A stretch of 31,496 bases of DNA from a virus. Its lineage: Duplodnaviria > Caudoviricetes. A program made the position numbers and the translations under genes. Of the stretch, positions 28,183 through 31,496 are shown one piece after another; the stretch's first letter is position 1; each line of letters opens with the position of its first letter. Below the pieces are notes generated by a model that ran no database searches, had not been told where the DNA came from, and worked only from the letters and a program-made list of their open reading frames with translations. The stretch lies in the IMG/VR virus record IMGVR_UViG_3300020042_004571, positions 1 through 31,496 of that record; one strand, 5' to 3'.

Positions 28183-28231
28183 GGGCGCACCTGCGCACGC
28201 AGAGAATATACCAACGCGATTTTCGGGTCAA
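28183..28231 (-). promoter_or_regulatory. Late promoter with downstream GTGCGCCC element (copy 1)
   Basis: Minus strand TTGACC (28231-28226), 17 nt, TATTCT (28208-28203), 12 nt, GTGCGCCC (28190-28183). Confidence 0.62.
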
Positions 28232-28306
28232 GTGGGAAAACTCAACTATTTTTAGTTGCATAAAAACAACACTTTTAAATTATTTTTGCCTTTTTTAAAA
28301 AAGTAG

Positions 28307-28334
28307 TTGACAGTGCCTGTCACTGTGCTACATT
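28307..28334 (+). promoter_or_regulatory. Early sigma70-like promoter with overlapping palindrome
   Basis: TTGACA (28307-28312), 16 nt, extended -10 TGcTACATT (-10 at 28329-28334), AT-rich upstream tract; inverted repeat TGACAG-TGC-CTGTCA over the -35. Confidence 0.72.
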
Positions 28335-28340
28335 TGAGTT

Positions 28341-28541
28341 GTCGGTTGATTGTTCTTTGTTTGCTTCCCCACCCAACCGACTAGGGGATACGTTCCAGAC
28401 GACCGAGAGATGTTCTGGTTAGACAGAGTCCACGAGGGCAAGAGTCTTGAGGCGGTGAGCTAAACCGGTACGTAAAGGTCCTTAATCGGGCACGTTGGTA
28501 ATCCCCCGCCCACAACTAATGCCAAGCGTGCTTGGCATTGG
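28341..28541 (+). ncRNA. Candidate structured leader/ncRNA of unknown class
   Basis: ORF-free stretch with nested helices GTCGGTTG/CAACCGAC, GGGGAT/ATCCCC, ACGT/ACGT, CCAGA/TCTGG, CGGT/ACCG and an 11-bp hairpin at 28516-28541. Confidence 0.5.
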
Positions 28542-28590
28542 CGGCGTATTCAGGCGGCCGTGACAGCTTGATATTTTTTAGGAGTTTTAA

Positions 28591-28854
28591 ATGGCAAGTA
28601 GATTAACTCTCAAGCAGTTTTACCTTGGTCAATTGATTGTGCGCGGCCCACACGCTGACGCTCAGGTCTACACCGTGGCTGCAATACGGGGCTTCAACAT
28701 TTACGTTGTTTGGTTCGAAGGCAAGCGCATGAGCGGCCAGTGGACAGACTACGGTGATTGCTACAAACCAACGCTTGCTCAGATTGAGTACAGCATTGCT
28801 GCTAACGGTCGTTTGGCTTCAGGCCAAGACATCAAGGACCTTGATTTGGTCTAA
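28591..28854 (+). CDS. Early hypothetical protein
   Basis: 87 aa with AGGAG RBS; first gene after the early leader. Confidence 0.75.
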   Translation: MASRLTLKQFYLGQLIVRGPHADAQVYTVAAIRGFNIYVVWFEGKRMSGQWTDYGDCYKPTLAQIEYSIAANGRLASGQDIKDLDLV

Positions 28855-28871
28855 CTTTTTAGGAGATTGAT

Positions 28872-29066
28872 ATGCCAGTTGTTTTTCTGACAATTAAAAA
28901 TGTTTACGGTGTTCCCAAGATTTACCCTGATTCAAGCAACAGCACTGCGTTGCGGCTTGCCAAGTTGATTGGCACTAGGACCTTCAGCGCACAACAAGTT
29001 GCTGACATCAAGGCCCTTGGCTTTGAAATTCAATACAGCAACGCTTATGTTGCTGCTCAGGTTTAA
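28872..29066 (+). CDS. Early hypothetical protein
   Basis: 64 aa with AGGAG RBS; KNVYGxxxxYP...LxGTRT...IKALGF pattern seen in phage early genes. Confidence 0.78.
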   Translation: MPVVFLTIKNVYGVPKIYPDSSNSTALRLAKLIGTRTFSAQQVADIKALGFEIQYSNAYVAAQV

Positions 29067-29078
29067 CAGGAGATCATC

Positions 29079-29288
29079 ATGAAATATCGCAACGAACCTA
29101 TCGTTGTCCAGCTTCTCAAGTTGGACATGCCGCTGGTTGAAGTAGGCGGCAAACGCTTCGACACTTTGCGCGAAGACTTCTACGACAACGCGGTCAACCT
29201 GACCGTCAACGCTCGCCGGTTTATCCCAGTCTTTTCGCCGTACGACATCGCGCTCAGCGGTGGCGAACCTTATTCTGTTTGGAGGTAA
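29079..29288 (+). CDS. Early hypothetical protein
   Basis: 69 aa with AGGAG RBS. Confidence 0.7.
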   Translation: MKYRNEPIVVQLLKLDMPLVEVGGKRFDTLREDFYDNAVNLTVNARRFIPVFSPYDIALSGGEPYSVWR

Positions 29289-29290
29289 TT

Positions 29291-29386
29291 ATGGAATCTT
29301 TGCAATCTCGTTATCAAATTTACGTGGCTTGTGCCGAGTCGCTCGGCTTGCCAATTAAATCTTTTGAAGAGTGGCTCAACTCTTAA
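29291..29386 (+). CDS. 31-aa microprotein
   Basis: Not in the track: GGAGGT RBS, MESLQSRYQIYVACAESLGLPIKSFEEWLNS. Confidence 0.7.
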   Translation: MESLQSRYQIYVACAESLGLPIKSFEEWLNS

Positions 29387-29455
29387 TCCCAGCGTGCTGC
29401 ACCGTGACAGGGTGTAGTGCAGTGTGATTAACACTCCGATCCAGCCGGATGCTGG
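29384..29455 (+). repeat. Structured intergenic element, copy A
   Basis: TAATCCCAGCGTGC-TGCACC-GTGACAG-GGTGTA-GTGCAGTGTGATTAACACTC followed by hairpin CCAGC-CGGAT-GCTGG. Confidence 0.7.
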
Positions 29456-29474
29456 TGTGCCTTTGGAGATCATC

Positions 29475-29762
29475 ATGGCAAAAGCAATCATTCAGGCGAT
29501 CACCGCCGACGACATTGACAACTTGGGTATCTTGCTGGCTGACATCAGCCGCTTGACCAAGGAAGCTGACGCGATCAAAACGCGTTTAAAAGAAGGTGGT
29601 TTAGATAGCTACGACGGCGAGGTATTTAGCGCTGTTGTGGTTAAGCAAGACCGCACCAGCTACGACCCACGCAAGGTCGAAGAGCTGCTAGGTGACTTGG
29701 TCAGCCAAGTCGAGAGAGTCAGCAAAGTGATCAGTGTCAAAGTCACTGCTCGCAAAGCATAA
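29475..29762 (+). CDS. Early hypothetical protein (coiled coil plus beta domain)
   Basis: Start reassigned to ATG 29475 after GGAG; IDNLGILLADISRLTKEADAIK. Confidence 0.75.
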   Translation: MAKAIIQAITADDIDNLGILLADISRLTKEADAIKTRLKEGGLDSYDGEVFSAVVVKQDRTSYDPRKVEELLGDLVSQVERVSKVISVKVTARKA

Positions 29763-29773
29763 GGGTGGCAGTC

Positions 29774-29968
29774 ATGGAATACAAAGTCGATGACTGCCCG
29801 GGCGACGACGATCGCCTGCCTTGCTGGTACGTTTACGAAGCAGTTGATGGGCGGAACATTTCGCCCATCATTGAAAAGTTTTACGGACCTGACGCTGAAT
29901 ACGACGCCCGGCTTTATGCCAAGGCGCTTAACGAAGCACCCATAGAAGTGGGGTGCGAATTTGATTGA
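29774..29968 (+). CDS. Early hypothetical protein
   Basis: Acidic ORF of about 64 aa; start at ATG 29774 or GTG 29765. Confidence 0.6.
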   Translation: MEYKVDDCPGDDDRLPCWYVYEAVDGRNISPIIEKFYGPDAEYDARLYAKALNEAPIEVGCEFD

Positions 29969-29978
29969 GGAGTGCATC

Positions 29979-30149
29979 ATGAGAGTTGTTTTTAGGGCCC
30001 CTGCGGCCACTGTGTTTTACGACTTTGAGTACGAAGAGTTCGTTGTCAAGTTTTACCGTGGCGCGGTTTACCTTGCAGAGGCGGACTACTTCACTGGCGA
30101 TCGCACCGACGCGATCGAAACTGCAATGTCTTTTACTGAGGAGGTTTGA
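29979..30149 (+). CDS. Early hypothetical protein
   Basis: ATG 29979 after GAGGAG; EFVVKFYRG...ADYFTGDRTDA. Confidence 0.7.
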   Translation: MRVVFRAPAATVFYDFEYEEFVVKFYRGAVYLAEADYFTGDRTDAIETAMSFTEEV

Positions 30150-30150
30150 A

Positions 30151-30333
30151 ATGACACGCGCTGAGTTTTACAAAACCTACGGTTCAATGAGCTTTCCGTA
30201 CTATCCAAAAGAGCTCCGGGCTGTAAGCCCTGTGACTGGTGCTTTCGAGACTTTCAAAGTCGAAAGCGGTTTGGCAATGACCTTCACCCGCGTTCTGGAA
30301 GCTGAAGGTTACACCCGTGTGGAGGCAATATGA
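30151..30333 (+). CDS. Early hypothetical protein
   Basis: ATG 30151 after GGAGGT; 60 aa. Confidence 0.68.
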   Translation: MTRAEFYKTYGSMSFPYYPKELRAVSPVTGAFETFKVESGLAMTFTRVLEAEGYTRVEAI

Positions 30334-30518
30334 TTTTCAGAACTTATCTTGTGACTGTGATGCCCAAGTTTATATCTTGGAATTGCAACCCCTACACAAC
30401 GGCGGTCAGTGCTACCAGCCGCAGCAACGCAATCAAAATCGTTCGTCGCGAATACAACGACAACTGCGGCTTTACCAATGGCCCTGCTACTTACACCGCT
30501 TGCCTTGAAAGGAATTGA
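30330..30518 (+). CDS. Early hypothetical protein
   Basis: ATGA overlap and GGAGG RBS; 62 aa. Confidence 0.65.
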   Translation: MIFRTYLVTVMPKFISWNCNPYTTAVSATSRSNAIKIVRREYNDNCGFTNGPATYTACLERN

Positions 30519-30519
30519 A

Positions 30520-30732
30520 ATGAACAACGAAATAAAAATGTATGGCTGCATGATCGACGACTTCATCGACAGCGTTGAAGATTCGATCACTTACAAAACC
30601 GCTGGCCCTTTGATGGTGGTCGCTGGTTTGATGTCTGACGCTCAAGAGATGATGGCTTACGTTGAGTCAGAACGTGCTCGGCAATATCTCAACAAGGCCA
30701 AGGCTTTGATATTCCGCGAGATGCGTGGCTGA
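30520..30732 (+). CDS. Early hypothetical protein
   Basis: ATG 30520 after AAGGA; MYGC...LMSDAQE...ERARQYLNKAK pattern. Confidence 0.72.
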   Translation: MNNEIKMYGCMIDDFIDSVEDSITYKTAGPLMVVAGLMSDAQEMMAYVESERARQYLNKAKALIFREMRG

Positions 30733-30793
30733 TCACAGCGTGCAGGGCATGACGTGCCTTGTGCAGTGCGATCCGCACTCTGGCTTACGCCAG
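30730..30793 (+). repeat. Structured intergenic element, copy B
   Basis: TGATCACAGCGTGC-AGGGCA-TGACG-TGCCTT-GTGCAGTGCGATCCGCACTC followed by hairpin CTGGC-TTAC-GCCAG. Confidence 0.7.
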
Positions 30794-30823
30794 TATCTAA
30801 ACCAACCTAAAGGAAATTTAATC

Positions 30824-31496
30824 ATGTCTCACGAACTCACCACACACGCTGATGGCCGCGTCGAATTTGCATACCTCGCTTCGGACGGAACACCATGGCA
30901 CGGTTTGGGTCAAGCACTCGAAGATGGCACTAGCCTCGATGCTTGGCGCGTAGCCGCTGGCATGGACTGGAAGATCAAGCGCGGTATCGTTCGCTACAAC
31001 ACTGACTTCGCTGGCTCGCAGTTGGAGTTGCCAGAACAGCACGTTCTGTTTCGCTCTGACACAAAGGCGCCGCTCGGTGTCGTGTCCAATCGCTACCAAG
31101 TTGTTCAGCCCGGTGATGTTGTGGAATTCTTCCGCGACATTGCACGCGCTGGTGGCTTGGAGTTGTCTGCAGCAGGAACCATCTACGGTGGCAAGCGCTT
31201 CTGGGCAACAGCCAAGATTGGCGAAGCTGCTCCCACTTCGGTAGCAGACAAGATCGGCGGCTACATCTTGATCAGCACAAGCGCTGATGGATCGCTGTCC
31301 ACTGAGGTGCGTCGCACCACTGTGCGCACTGTGTGCAAAAACACACTGGCCATGGCGCTGGCTGAAAAGTCAACGATCAAGGTTACTCACCGCTCTGTGT
31401 TTGATCCAGAATCCGTTAAGGAATTCATGGGCCTGAACACTGCAGCTTGGGACGCTTTCCGCCACAACGTTGTCAAGTTGGCCAACATCGAGTTGC
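30824..31496 (+). CDS. DUF932-like phage/plasmid protein, truncated at the window end
   Basis: Not in the track; MSHELTTHADG...TPWHGLG...AGMDW...RSDT..LGVVSNRYQVVQP..FF...GGKRFWA...S.DGS...VRTVCKNTL. Confidence 0.85.
   Translation, partial: MSHELTTHADGRVEFAYLASDGTPWHGLGQALEDGTSLDAWRVAAGMDWKIKRGIVRYNTDFAGSQLELPEQHVLFRSDTKAPLGVVSNRYQVVQPGDVVEFFRDIARAGGLELSAAGTIYGGKRFWATAKIGEAAPTSVADKIGGYILISTSADGSLSTEVRRTTVRTVCKNTLAMALAEKSTIKVTHRSVFDPESVKEFMGLNTAAWDAFRHNVVKLANIEL

Noticed and set aside
28115-28261. N-terminal extension of the 129-aa track ORF
   Set aside because: It runs through the predicted promoter and terminator; ATG 28114 has the RBS.
28516-28541. Third copy of the early structured repeat
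   Set aside because: It shares only TAAT...AGCGTGC and lacks the GTGCAGTG half; treated as part of the leader.
29424-29474. Upstream GTG start for the 29762-ending ORF
   Set aside because: It lies inside the structured repeat; ATG 29475 has a good GGAG RBS.
29384-30793. Repeats as a CRISPR array, tRNAs or hammerhead ribozymes
   Set aside because: Only two copies about 1.3 kb apart; no cloverleaf or TTCGA T-loop; no CTGANGA/GAAA core.
1-31496. Stop-codon reassignment, introns or inteins
   Set aside because: Core genes are full length and abut under the standard code; TAA, TGA and TAG all end genes; TerL, portal and capsid have ordinary sizes.

Overview
This window is part of a tailed dsDNA phage genome with podovirus-like morphogenesis genes. 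A betaproteobacterial or freshwater host is a guess from gene content only. Positions 1-28114 are a minus-strand late region. In transcription order it holds four small ORFs, TerS, a P22-type TerL, portal, two orphan proteins, scaffold, an N4-gp56-like major capsid protein, decoration proteins, tail adaptor and nozzle, two fibre/receptor-binding genes, a cupin, a 2OG-Fe(II) oxygenase, a membrane-protein/lysozyme lysis block, and ejection proteins with a GNAT-like gene. From 28591 onward is a divergent plus-strand early region of small ORFs ending in a DUF932-like gene. Four signals stand out. (1) Three late intergenic regions share one architecture: sigma70-like promoter, then a hairpin carrying GTGCGCCC 12-13 nt after the -10 box, then an intrinsic terminator. 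This suggests an undescribed late antitermination/attenuation system. (2) A structured element with compensatory changes is repeated between early genes and starts at the upstream stop codon. (3) The early promoter is followed by a highly structured leader RNA of about 200 nt. (4) A G-[LIM]-[ILV]-x-x-x-M-like peptide recurs at the termini of many unrelated late proteins, a possible capsid-packaging signal. All family assignments come from motif recognition and synteny, not database searches.
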